The notes below the pieces were generated by a model that saw only the letters and a program-made list of their open reading frames with translations, did no database searches and had not been told where the DNA came from. Shown in pieces: positions 49,434 to 58,182 of a stretch of 64,000 nt of DNA. The position numbers were made by a program, and so were the translations under genes. The DNA is from Sedimentisphaerales bacterium (GTDB lineage: Bacteria > Planctomycetota > Phycisphaerae > Sedimentisphaerales > Anaerobacaceae). Where the stretch lies: contig JBEKEU010000006.1 of the NCBI GenBank assembly GCA_050013675.1, positions 84,477 through 148,476 of the forward strand. The letters run 5' to 3'. Each line of letters starts with the position of its first letter. The first letter of the stretch is position 1.

Positions 49434-50053
49434 GCAATCAGCATCACACCGGCTTTATAGAGAAAAAATAAACCGAAGAACAGCATCGCGCCGGCACATA
49501 CCTGCATAACTCGCCGCTGGACTTTCGGCCCAAACAGCGTTGTGCCGTGAAAACTCGCGAATGACAACGCCGTAACCCAGAGCAAATCGACTAACCAGTG
49601 AACAATCGCGAACAACGCGAAAGCATACAGGCCGAACTTCGTCGCAGTTATTGCCAGTCCCAGCCCTACAGTCGCCCACCATATCAGAAAATATGGATTA
49701 GAGACCGTTAAAACTATCCCCGCCAGAATCGGCTTGTCCTTTTTTGCTCCGGCCTGAATATCCGCAGGACGCGAAACCGTTTTGAACATTCCGTATGCCA
49801 TATAAAGCAAAGCGAGACCTCCCGCGATACCAATGGTAATCTGTGCCGAGGTCTTCTGAAAAATAGCGCCCAAACCGAAGATAATCAAAACCATCAGGGG
49901 GAACTCAACGATGCCGTGCCCTACTGCCAGCAATGACCCGGCCCATCGGCTGCGCGTCCCCATCGTAATCGCCGTCGCCGTAACAGGCCCCGGCTGCATC
50001 GCACCCGATATCGAAATGATGAATACCTGAATTAAAAACAGCACCAACGTCAT
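49430..50053 (-). CDS. LysE/RhtB-family amino-acid exporter
   Basis: 207 aa, six TM helices. PGP motif near the N-terminus (MQPGPVT). Confidence 0.8.
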   Translation of the reverse strand: MTLVLFLIQVFIISISGAMQPGPVTATAITMGTRSRWAGSLLAVGHGIVEFPLMVLIIFGLGAIFQKTSAQITIGIAGGLALLYMAYGMFKTVSRPADIQAGAKKDKPILAGIVLTVSNPYFLIWWATVGLGLAITATKFGLYAFALFAIVHWLVDLLWVTALSFASFHGTTLFGPKVQRRVMQVCAGAMLFFGLFFLYKAGVMLIA

Positions 50054-50205
50054 CTGTTATTCTGTTCTTGTTTTTTGGGAGTGTGCTTTGCACACCATTT
50101 TATAGGATTTCTTGTTTTGAATTTGCTTTTTTGGGTCATTTGAATTTGTTTCGTATTTAGAGTTTAGGATTTCGAATTTCGGTTGCGGCCAAAGGCCGCC
50201 AACCG

Positions 50206-50622
50206 TTACTCCCCGATAATTTTAACCAGCACTCGTTTTTTTCGTTTGCCGTCGAACTCACCGTAGAAAATCTGCTCCCAGGGACCAAAATCGAGTTTAC
50301 CGTTGGTAACCGCAACGACAACCTCCCGGCCCATAATAGTCCGCTTCAAATGCGCGTCGGCGTTGTCTTCGTAGCCGTTATGGTGATACTGCGAATACGG
50401 CTTTTCAGGCGCAAGCTTCTCAAGCCACGTCTCAAAATCCTGGTGCAGTCCCGGCTCATCGTCGTTTATAAAAACCGAAGCGGTAATGTGCATCGCGTTG
50501 ACAAGACAAAGGCCCTCTTTGACGCCCGATTCAGCAAGACATTGCTCGACCTGCGAAGTAATGTTAATCAACTCTCGCCTGGTCGCGGTATTGAACCAAA
50601 GCTCTTTCCTGTAACTTTTCAT
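50206..50622 (-). CDS. yjbQ: YjbQ/UPF0047 family protein
   Basis: 138 aa. [42 protein letters not shown]. Confidence 0.85.
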   Translation of the reverse strand: MKSYRKELWFNTATRRELINITSQVEQCLAESGVKEGLCLVNAMHITASVFINDDEPGLHQDFETWLEKLAPEKPYSQYHHNGYEDNADAHLKRTIMGREVVVAVTNGKLDFGPWEQIFYGEFDGKRKKRVLVKIIGE

Positions 50623-50809
50623 AAGTCCGTAACTCCTTATAACAATTGACGCTGGGAATATCTTAACAAGTTTTATCTTATGGGGAAATTAAAAGATAAG
50701 GGCGTTAAGATTATCTCTCTTGCCGATTTGGATAAAAAATTCTAACCACGCGGATTACCCCGCCAATTCTATCTTGCAAATATCTCCACATTGCTTACAC
50801 TAATTACCT

Positions 50810-52321
50810 ATGGCTAAGAAACCCGCATCCAATTCAAAGAAACCCCAAACGGCTGCCAAACCCTCCTCGCTCGTCGATACTCGCGTCATTTATTGCGGCG
50901 ATAATCTCGAACAATTGAAAAAACTCCCCGATGAATGTGTTGACCTGATTTATATCGACCCGCCCTTTAACTCAAACCGCAATTATGAGGTCTTCTGGGG
51001 CGAGACAAAGGAAAAACGCGCCTTTGAAGACCGCCACGCCTCAACGCAGGCCTATATCGACTTTATGCGGCCCCGCTGCGTCGAATTGCACCGCGTCCTC
51101 AAGAAAACCGGCTCATTCTACTACCACTGCGACTGGCACGCCTCACACTACGTCAAAATTATGCTCGACCAGATTTTCAGCGAAAACCAGTTCGTTAATG
51201 AAATTGTATGGAAGAGAAGCTCAAATCGCTCTTCAATGAGCAAGATTTTTCGTCGTGCTCACGACAGTATCTTCTTTTATACAAAAAATAGTGATTACCT
51301 TTTCAATATGCAATACAAAGAACTTTCCGAAGGTTCGCTTGAAAACTACAAGCACGAAGATGAAAAAGGAAGATATAGATACGTTCCATTGTTAGTCAGC
51401 GGAAAAAGAAATGGTGAAACAGGAAAGCTGTGGAAAGGTATAGACCCAAATCATTACGGTAAAGCTGGAATGCATTGGGTAACAATTCCTGATAAGCTTG
51501 ATGAATATGATTCAAAAGGTTTAATTTATTGGCCTGAAAAAGGAGGACTCCCAACATTAAAGTATTATTTGGAAGATAATAAAGGCGTTCCGCTATCTGA
51601 TGTTTGGGACGATATAGACCTAATCAGTTCATCTTCTCGTGAATCTTTAGGCTATCCCACACAAAAACCCTTAGCACTTCTTGATAGAATAATTGAGGCT
51701 TCAAGCAATCCAAACGATATTGTCCTCGATGCCTTTTGTGGTTGTGGGACGGCTTTAGTTGCCGCTGAAAATCTCGGCAGGCAGTGGATTGGCATTGATG
51801 TTTCGCCGACTGCCTGCCGTGTTATGGCAAAGCGTCTGCGCGATGTCTGCAAAATGAAAGAGGATGAAACGCTCTGGCGGAATGGTCGGGGCTTCGTTGT
51901 TCGAGACCTGCCCTGGACAATCGAGAAGTTGCGAGAAATCCCGCCGTTTGAGTTTGAGAACTGGGCCGTTATCGCACTGGGTGGCATTCCAAACGTTGCC
52001 AAGGTTGGCGATATGGGTATCGACGGGCGTATCTATCCGGTGTCGGCCACACCGAAAAAAGACAAAGGAGAGCTTGGCTTTATGGATGTTTGGTATCCCA
52101 TTCAGGTCAAGCAGAAAGATAAAGTCGGCAGACCCGATATCGATTCCTTCGAGGCAGTTATGACGCGTGAAGACAGAACAAAGGGGTTCTTTGTTGCCTT
52201 CGACTACTCATCCGATGCTATGAGTGAGATACAGGCGTTCTTCAAAAAGTCCGGCAAAAGCATAATCGCACTTACCGTCAAAGACATCCTCGACGAGCAA
52301 ATCGCCTATAAATTAGCATAA
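50810..52321 (+). CDS. beta-class N6-adenine/N4-cytosine DNA methyltransferase fused to a C-terminal Mrr-like (PD-(D/E)xK) nuclease domain
   Basis: 503 aa. Motif IV IYIDPPFNS lies before motif I DAFCGCGTALVAA (beta order), with YPTQKP. The last ~130 aa carry GDMGIDG ... IQVKQK ... FFVAFDYS, resembling the Mrr_cat core. Confidence 0.85.
   Translation: MAKKPASNSKKPQTAAKPSSLVDTRVIYCGDNLEQLKKLPDECVDLIYIDPPFNSNRNYEVFWGETKEKRAFEDRHASTQAYIDFMRPRCVELHRVLKKTGSFYYHCDWHASHYVKIMLDQIFSENQFVNEIVWKRSSNRSSMSKIFRRAHDSIFFYTKNSDYLFNMQYKELSEGSLENYKHEDEKGRYRYVPLLVSGKRNGETGKLWKGIDPNHYGKAGMHWVTIPDKLDEYDSKGLIYWPEKGGLPTLKYYLEDNKGVPLSDVWDDIDLISSSSRESLGYPTQKPLALLDRIIEASSNPNDIVLDAFCGCGTALVAAENLGRQWIGIDVSPTACRVMAKRLRDVCKMKEDETLWRNGRGFVVRDLPWTIEKLREIPPFEFENWAVIALGGIPNVAKVGDMGIDGRIYPVSATPKKDKGELGFMDVWYPIQVKQKDKVGRPDIDSFEAVMTREDRTKGFFVAFDYSSDAMSEIQAFFKKSGKSIIALTVKDILDEQIAYKLA
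52281..52318 (+). repeat. copy 1 of the 'methyltransferase 3'-end' repeat (functional gene end, ...KDILDEQIAYKLA*)
   Basis: AAGACATCCTCGACGAGCAAATCGCCTATAAATTAGCA. Counted by hand: 31/38 identical to copy 2 and 29/33 identical to copy 3. Confidence 0.9.
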
Positions 52322-52349
52322 GAGCATAAATCTTTAAGGAGAAAGATAT

Positions 52350-52634
52350 ATGACAAGCTCAAAAAAACTTAAAGAAATATTATCTGAGATTGAACAAGCG
52401 CCAATTTCCGCTGGATGTGGTGAGCTTAGTGAAATAATGAAAAAAGCAGGAATACTTACACCTACTGCAGGGATGGATAGCCTAAAAGACAAATGTATCA
52501 GTAGCCTGCATACTGCCATACAAACCGAAAAGATGTTCGAATCGTGTGTTTATGCAAAATGGTCTTGTTTTTGTGCGGCTGTAGCTGCAATTGCATCCTG
52601 CATCAGCGTTCTTTTGTGTTTGTTTCGAGGATAA
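52350..52634 (+). CDS. orphan small tail-anchored Cys-rich protein
   Basis: 94 aa, AT-rich. AAGGAGA RBS 8 nt upstream. C-terminal hydrophobic helix CFCAAVAAIASCISVLLCLF. No known family. Confidence 0.45.
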   Translation: MTSSKKLKEILSEIEQAPISAGCGELSEIMKKAGILTPTAGMDSLKDKCISSLHTAIQTEKMFESCVYAKWSCFCAAVAAIASCISVLLCLFRG

Positions 52635-52667
52635 TAAAATTGAAAAACTTTTATCTCTATAACCACA

Positions 52668-52705
52668 AAGACATCCTCGAATCGCAAATCGCCTACAAAG
52701 TGGCG
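52668..52705 (+). repeat. copy 2 of the 'methyltransferase 3'-end' repeat (relic, still reads ...KDILESQIAYKVA*)
   Basis: AAGACATCCTCGAATCGCAAATCGCCTACAAAGTGGCG followed by TAA. Only ~23 codons are open upstream, so it is a gene-end relic. Confidence 0.85.
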
Positions 52706-52710
52706 TAAAT

Positions 52711-53898
52711 ATGCATGAACTTCCAATCGACAAGAATAAAATAGCAACGCTCTCAAAGAAAGCTAAGCATTACAATATCTTTCCTATTTTCATGCCACGC
52801 TATCTTCCTGATATGAGTCAACCTGAAACGAGTCAACATCCCGTTTCGCAATTATTAGGCGAATTAGTAAAAGATGCTCTTGAGTTTCTTTTAATAGCTA
52901 CAGACAAAGAAGTTGAAGCTTTGCTCGACAGTTTTCCTTCCGGGATAAAAATGCTAGTTGAACATACAAGCGGTCCAAAAGAAGACCGACTAAGAAGAAT
53001 CGCTCTTTATTATATTATCGTAATGGTCGAACGTATTTATTTCTCATTCAAAGACGTAATAAATGAAGATACTAAATCAAGTGTGGTTTTAGAAATATAT
53101 CCTGAACTCAAGAACTCCTTTGATAAAGATGGTTTACTGAGTATCAATGATGATTTTATTTTACATGATGGAGGCATAGAATATAAAAAGCATATGCTCC
53201 ATTATCACCAGTTGCTTCGCAGAGGATTTACCTCGAATCCAAATTTCGATTTTACTGCTCTGTTCCTGCAATATTACCAAAAAACAAAACCAAACAATAG
53301 TTTTAGGGTTGCAATAGACCACCGCCGAATAATGACAAAGGAGTTTTATTCCCAAATTATGGAACTTGATACTTGGTTTGGCCCGGCATTCAATAAGTCC
53401 AAGATAGACGACCCAAACGAAATAGGTCTAACGGTAGTGAAAAGAAACAAGAACTCGTTATTCGAATTGACAAATAGGCTTGATCGCACAGAGTTTTTCT
53501 GGTTTTACCGCGATGGAATAAAAACCTTTGAGGTAGAGGAAATATCAGATCAAGATTACTGTTTCGATAATTACAACTTTAACAGGTATATACATAGTGA
53601 GCGCGATATTGGGAACAAAATCACTCGACACTTAGATGGTGCAGTTAAAGTTTATTTGAAGGATACATACGCTGACAGGAAAAATTCGAATATTCCTAAA
53701 GAAATGAAATGCTATAAAAAAATAAAATTGTGGCGTATAGATGGAGATATCGACCTCGATTCATGGAAAGATCTGATTTCGTTTTTCTACAAGGGCAATG
53801 AAATGATAATTGAATACTTTAATCCAGAAGAATTTAAGCAAATGTTCGAACTTCGAGTCCGTGATTTTGAAGCATGGAAACGTCAGCAAAGAGAGTAA
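52711..53898 (+). CDS. orphan 395-aa protein of unknown function (candidate defence gene)
   Basis: Long uninterrupted ORF in a strongly AT-rich stretch. Starts 2 nt after the relic stop. No motif recognisable by eye. Confidence 0.6.
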   Translation: MHELPIDKNKIATLSKKAKHYNIFPIFMPRYLPDMSQPETSQHPVSQLLGELVKDALEFLLIATDKEVEALLDSFPSGIKMLVEHTSGPKEDRLRRIALYYIIVMVERIYFSFKDVINEDTKSSVVLEIYPELKNSFDKDGLLSINDDFILHDGGIEYKKHMLHYHQLLRRGFTSNPNFDFTALFLQYYQKTKPNNSFRVAIDHRRIMTKEFYSQIMELDTWFGPAFNKSKIDDPNEIGLTVVKRNKNSLFELTNRLDRTEFFWFYRDGIKTFEVEEISDQDYCFDNYNFNRYIHSERDIGNKITRHLDGAVKVYLKDTYADRKNSNIPKEMKCYKKIKLWRIDGDIDLDSWKDLISFFYKGNEMIIEYFNPEEFKQMFELRVRDFEAWKRQQRE

Positions 53899-53955
53899 AT
53901 TTAATTAGGAAATGTAGGATTATTGGAATGCAAAAGGGGGACATTCTGTTTTTTG

Positions 53956-54016
53956 GCGATTCAAAGATAAAACCGGCAGGATAAAAAAGCTTATCGCCAT
54001 AAGGCGATAACGGCAA
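53956..54016 (+). repeat. 61-nt inverted repeat, left copy (contains 8-bp hairpin TTATCGCC-ATAA-GGCGATAA)
   Basis: Reverse complement of 60352-60412 matches at 59/61 positions (hand alignment). Confidence 0.92.
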
Positions 54017-54046
54017 TTCTCTGCGGTAAAAAAGCAGCGTGATTTT

Positions 54047-54092
54047 GCGTTACCTGTCCTGAGCAGTAGTCGAAGGAATCAGCGTCTAAAAA
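54047..54092 (-). repeat. dispersed intergenic element (inverted copy of 57898-57942)
   Basis: GCGTTACCTGTCCTGAGC..TCGAAGGAATC.GCGTC.AAAAA versus the reverse complement of 57898-57942. The 18-nt and 11-nt blocks are identical. Confidence 0.75.
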
Positions 54093-54126
54093 TATCTCTG
54101 CGTTCTCTGCGTCCTCTGCGGTGAAA

Positions 54127-54290
54127 AATCTGCCTGCCCTGCGTAGCCGCTTCGGCGAAGTAGGGTGGTTGTAAATTAGATTGACCAAAGCCGCCTAATC
54201 TGCCTGCCCTGCGACTCGTCCGGCGTAGCGCAAGCGAAGTCGGAAGCCGCTTCGGCGAAGTAGGGTGATTGTAAATTAGATTGACCAAAG
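54127..54290 (+). repeat. tandem direct repeat upstream of the ECF sigma gene
   Basis: The unit AATCTGCCTGCCCTGCG..AGCCGCTTCGGCGAAGTAGGGTG(G/A)TTGTAAATTAGATTGACCAAAG occurs at 54127-54190 and 54197-54290. The second copy carries a 31-nt insertion. Confidence 0.85.
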
Positions 54291-54371
54291 GCATAAAATA
54301 GGTGATTATATAGTGGGCTTTGTTGCGGAGGGGGTCTTGGGGTTGAAGTTTATCTGATAAGGGCCAAACGA

Positions 54372-54971
54372 GTGGCACACAGTCAGCATATAAACGTCGA
54401 AGATACGGTTTTGGTGCAGAAATGGCGTAAGGGCGACCCCAGCGCCATTGAAAAACTCGTCTGCAAATACCAGGGCCGAATCTACAACCTCATATTGAAA
54501 ATCTGCTCAAATCCCAGCGACGCCGCGGAACTAACCCAGGATACGTTTGTCAAAGTAATAGAGAACATTGGTAAGTTCGAGAGCCGCAGCGGCTTTTACA
54601 CCTGGGCGTTCAGAATCGCGGTCAACCTGACGCTGAATTACCGCAAAAGAAAGGCAACGGTCGGGTTTACCTCGCTTGACGCCGAACTGGCTGCGGGCGA
54701 CGAACAGACCAGGCAGGGTCTGGCAGCGATATTATCAGACGATAAGGCCCCTGACCCGGCCCAAATCGCCGAAAACAGGGAACTTTGCGAACTGATACAA
54801 AAAGGAATTCGCAAACTCGATGACGAACACAGAGCAATCATTGTGCTTAGGGATATCGAAGGAATGGATTACGCGCAAATCGCGGAAGTGCTGGGCACAG
54901 AATTGGGCACGGTCAAAAGCCGGCTCAGCAGGGCCCGCGCTGCGTTGAGGCAGATTCTGGAGGCCTTATGA
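54372..54971 (+). CDS. ECF (group IV) RNA polymerase sigma factor
   Basis: 199 aa, GTG start. Region 2 (DAAELTQDTFVKV, FYTWAFRIAVN) and region 4 (DYAQIAEVLGTELGTVKSRLSRAR). Confidence 0.9.
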   Translation: MAHSQHINVEDTVLVQKWRKGDPSAIEKLVCKYQGRIYNLILKICSNPSDAAELTQDTFVKVIENIGKFESRSGFYTWAFRIAVNLTLNYRKRKATVGFTSLDAELAAGDEQTRQGLAAILSDDKAPDPAQIAENRELCELIQKGIRKLDDEHRAIIVLRDIEGMDYAQIAEVLGTELGTVKSRLSRARAALRQILEAL

Positions 54972-55999
54972 ATTTTGAACAAAACCCAAAAATTGAGGAA
55001 TTGCTGAATAGTTACATCGACGACGAGTTGTCGGCTGATGAACGCTCAGAGGTGCAGCGCCTTGTCCGCGAAAACCACACTATCGCACAACGCTTACGCC
55101 AACTCGAAAGATGCAAGGCGATGGTAAGCTCTTTACCCCCCGCCGAACCGCCCGCCCAGGTAGTCGCCGGAATTAAACAACTGCTGCGAAACCATTCGGC
55201 CGGCAAAAGCGAATCTACGCATATCGAAAGCAGGCGAGGAGCAAGGCACCTGTTCGTTCGCCAGGTCATGGCGGCATCAATAATAATTGGGCTTGTGGGC
55301 ATTATGGGCGCAGTAGTGTATAGGATTGTCGGACCAGAGGAAACCGCCATGCCAATCGTCGCGGTGCAGCCGGCACCGACCGTTAAGCCAACTGCGTCGC
55401 CTGTAGCAACGAAACCGGAAGAGACAAAAAAGACGGTTGCCGTCGCCGCTGTTGAGGACGCGACAAGCATAGGCCTGTACTCGCTCCAGTTGCAGACCGC
55501 CGACTTTACCGCGGTTGACGCCTATATAAATAAGCTCCTCGAAGAAAGCCCCTGGCTGCGATACGAAGCGATAAAAGACCAGCCGGGCAAAAGCGCATAC
55601 AGAATTCTTTGCAGCAGAGGCGGCCTTGAGGCAATGATGAGCGATTTGGCGACGGTGTGGCCAAAATTCGATTCGACAACACTGATTGTGCGCACCGATA
55701 ACGTCGGCCAGGATGTCACCGTCGCGTCCGTAAAGCCGGAGCAGGTTGCCGATATTGCCAGACAGGACACAATTGCTAATCGTGTAAAACTTGCGAAGGA
55801 TTTCGCGATGCTAAACAGTGTCGAGCAGATTATGCCCGACGAAAAAATGCTCGCCGCGACGGAGCGGTCGATGCCTGAACTGACAACCATCCCCAAGCCG
55901 GTCCTGACCTCGGGCGATAAAAACGTCGTAACCGCCCCCAAAGGCGCATGGGATCAGGTTCAGGTGGATTTGAATGTCGTCGTCACTGGCCACAAATAG
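54968..55999 (+). CDS. putative anti-sigma factor (single-pass membrane protein)
   Basis: 343 aa. 4-nt overlap with the sigma gene. N-terminal LLNSYIDDELSADERSEV anti-sigma-like helix, and a TM at about residues 95-117. Confidence 0.6.
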   Translation: MNFEQNPKIEELLNSYIDDELSADERSEVQRLVRENHTIAQRLRQLERCKAMVSSLPPAEPPAQVVAGIKQLLRNHSAGKSESTHIESRRGARHLFVRQVMAASIIIGLVGIMGAVVYRIVGPEETAMPIVAVQPAPTVKPTASPVATKPEETKKTVAVAAVEDATSIGLYSLQLQTADFTAVDAYINKLLEESPWLRYEAIKDQPGKSAYRILCSRGGLEAMMSDLATVWPKFDSTTLIVRTDNVGQDVTVASVKPEQVADIARQDTIANRVKLAKDFAMLNSVEQIMPDEKMLAATERSMPELTTIPKPVLTSGDKNVVTAPKGAWDQVQVDLNVVVTGHK

Positions 56000-56206
56000 T
56001 TTAGCCCCCAATCCTGCTTGTCCTCTCGTAGCGAAGCGAAGATCCCCGCATGTCTTTGGCGGGGAGCCAGACCCCTTGGTTTCTTTGTCGGGGGTCATTC
56101 CCGCGACACAAAGCGAAGCGGAGAGCACGGAACGGAAAGCTGGAATCCACAAATAAAAAACCCCCGGATAGCCGGGGGTTCAAACTGCCGTGGGATGTGC
56201 AGTCCG

Positions 56207-57343
56207 TTATTCGAGATTCATTGCCTCAGCGAAGGTAGCCATGTTGTTGGCCCATTTCTGGGCTTCGTTTATGTCGATTTTGTCATCTTTGACTAATCGG
56301 GCAAGGTGTCTTTCCATCGTAATCATCTTCTCATCGTACCTATTCGTGGTCTTGGTCTGGAGTTGCGAATATATCTGCTCGACCTTGCCTGTTCTTATGA
56401 GATTGGCGGTGGCGTAGTTATTGTTAAGAATTTCCATCGCGGCGATTCGACCTTTGCCGTCCTTTCGCGGAATCAGTTTCTGGCTGATGATGTACGCCAG
56501 CCCCAGCGACAGCTGGTTTCGCACCTCGTTTTGCCTGCCGGACGGGAAGTAATCCAGAATGCGCATAATTGTCCCCGCGGTGTCCCTTGTGTGCAGCGTC
56601 GAGAAAACCAAATGCCCCGTCTCAGCCGCCATAAGCGTCATCGCGATTGTCTCCGCGTCGCGCATTTCGCCGACGAGGATTATGTTGGGGTCTTCGCGGA
56701 GCATCGAGCGCAGGCCGTCGATAAACGAATGTACGTCCCTGCCGATTTCTCGCTGCGAGACCAGCGAATGATTCTGCTCAAAAATATATTCAATCGGGTC
56801 TTCGATGGTGATTATCCGGCAGGCGCGTTCTTCGGTTATGCGGTTAATCAGCGATGCGATTGTCGTCGATTTGCCGGCGCCCGTCACACCTGTAACCAGG
56901 ACCAGGCCGTGTTTGCGATTTATAATGTCCTTCCAGATATCATTGGGAAATCCGACCCTCTCCACCGACGGTATATCGGTTGACAGCGCACGAATGGCCG
57001 CGCAGATGCCGTCATTTTCTTTGAAGACGTTGATTCTAAAGTGCGTTGCGGCCAGCCGATATGAGCAATCAACAGTGTGCAGCTCGCGTAATTTGTCTAT
57101 GCTTGCATCCGACAAGAGCGGCAATATTAACTGTTCGGCCATTTCCTGCGTCAACACCGGGCCTTTGAGCTTTTCGATGTCGCCATCGACGCGATAGGCG
57201 GGCGCAGCGCCAACCTTGAGGTGCAGGTCCGAAACCCGCATCGTACCCACCTGCTCAAAATAGTTGAGCATATCCTGGATACTCAACTGCCCCCTATTCT
57301 CGGTGGGATATACGCTTTTTGTGATTTCGCGAACGACCGCCAT
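56207..57343 (-). CDS. pilT: PilT-family type IV pilus retraction ATPase
   Basis: Start trimmed to MAVVREI (57343). Walker A GVTGAGKST, Asp box, Walker B, and GHLVFSTLHT His box. Confidence 0.9.
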   Translation of the reverse strand: MAVVREITKSVYPTENRGQLSIQDMLNYFEQVGTMRVSDLHLKVGAAPAYRVDGDIEKLKGPVLTQEMAEQLILPLLSDASIDKLRELHTVDCSYRLAATHFRINVFKENDGICAAIRALSTDIPSVERVGFPNDIWKDIINRKHGLVLVTGVTGAGKSTTIASLINRITEERACRIITIEDPIEYIFEQNHSLVSQREIGRDVHSFIDGLRSMLREDPNIILVGEMRDAETIAMTLMAAETGHLVFSTLHTRDTAGTIMRILDYFPSGRQNEVRNQLSLGLAYIISQKLIPRKDGKGRIAAMEILNNNYATANLIRTGKVEQIYSQLQTKTTNRYDEKMITMERHLARLVKDDKIDINEAQKWANNMATFAEAMNLE

Positions 57344-57497
57344 TTCCCGCTCCTTGTCAAAAACCATACAAATTATAAGTTCTAAAATCAGGGTTTCAAA
57401 AAGCCATGCACGCACTAATATAGGCAAGGGATGTATCGGCAAAAAATGGGGGTCGGAAAAGCTGAATTTGGCGGTTAGGCGTTGTTTTTTGGGACTG

Positions 57498-57791
57498 TTA
57501 TTTGGCTTTTGCCCCTCGACTCTGCTCGGGACGGGCGAGCCATTCGTTGAGGTTTTTGGCTAAGATTTTGACGTCCTTTTTGGTCATTATGTGGTCGATG
57601 ATTGCGGGCGGTATTTTGAGGTTGACCATCGCTTTTTGCGCACGCTCCCACAGCCGGTCTCGTCTTGCGTCGGTGTCGGCTAAGAACAACTCGCTGACTA
57701 ATTCGCTTAACTTGCCCAGGGCAATGTCGTTGCGGTTGTTGTAGTAGTTCGTTATTATGCTTTTTTGATACGCTGAGTATTCCTGTTTAGC
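57498..57791 (-). CDS. hypothetical protein
   Basis: Start trimmed to MAKQEYSAYQK (57791). 97 aa, helical, no known motif. Confidence 0.45.
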   Translation of the reverse strand, partial: AKQEYSAYQKSIITNYYNNRNDIALGKLSELVSELFLADTDARRDRLWERAQKAMVNLKIPPAIIDHIMTKKDVKILAKNLNEWLARPEQSRGAKAK

Positions 57792-57887
57792 CATATTTGA
57801 GTCCTGCGTTCTGCGTACTTTGCAACTAACTACGAACACTGAACAATGAACTAATTCTGCCTCAAACCGGCGGGAAAATCAAGCCCC

Positions 57888-57942
57888 GGCCAGACGGTTT
57901 TTTTGACGCAGATTCCTTCGACAAGCTCAGGACAGGTAACGC
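57888..57942 (+). repeat. dispersed intergenic element flanking the BrnTA module (downstream side)
   Basis: GGCCAGACGG-T7-GACGCAGATT is repeated directly at 58531-58562. The distal half is an inverted copy of 54047-54092. Confidence 0.8.
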
Positions 57943-57972
57943 GGATTTACGCTGTTTCTTTAAAAGTTTAGA

Positions 57973-58182
57973 TTATGCGACGGTCAGCTTTTTGTGTGAA
58001 TGAGCACACTGACGCAGGTAAAGATTGACTAAGTTTTGATAGGGGATACCGGTCTCTTGTGCCATTTGCTTGAAATACTCAATCACATCGACCCCAAGAC
58101 GCAGCGTAACCTGCTTTTTTAAGGTATTCGCGTAAGGATTTCGCCGGCCTTTAAGTTTTGAAAAATCGTATTCTTTTCTCAT
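57973..58182 (-). CDS. brnA: BrnA-family antitoxin
   Basis: 69 aa. RHH-like VTLRLGVDVIEYFK. 4-nt overlap downstream of brnT. Confidence 0.8.
   Translation of the reverse strand: MRKEYDFSKLKGRRNPYANTLKKQVTLRLGVDVIEYFKQMAQETGIPYQNLVNLYLRQCAHSHKKLTVA

Noticed and set aside
54127-54290. Possible CRISPR array
   Set aside because: There are only two repeat copies and they are adjacent. The 31-nt difference is an insertion inside copy 2, not a spacer between repeats. There are no cas genes in the window.
53991-54378. 65-aa and 99-aa minus-strand ORFs in the spacer before the ECF sigma gene
   Set aside because: They are composed almost entirely of the tandem and dispersed repeat elements, with no RBS. 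They are more parsimoniously non-coding.
56306-56983. 225-aa plus-strand ORF
   Set aside because: Antisense to pilT (Walker A/B and the His box are read on the minus strand).
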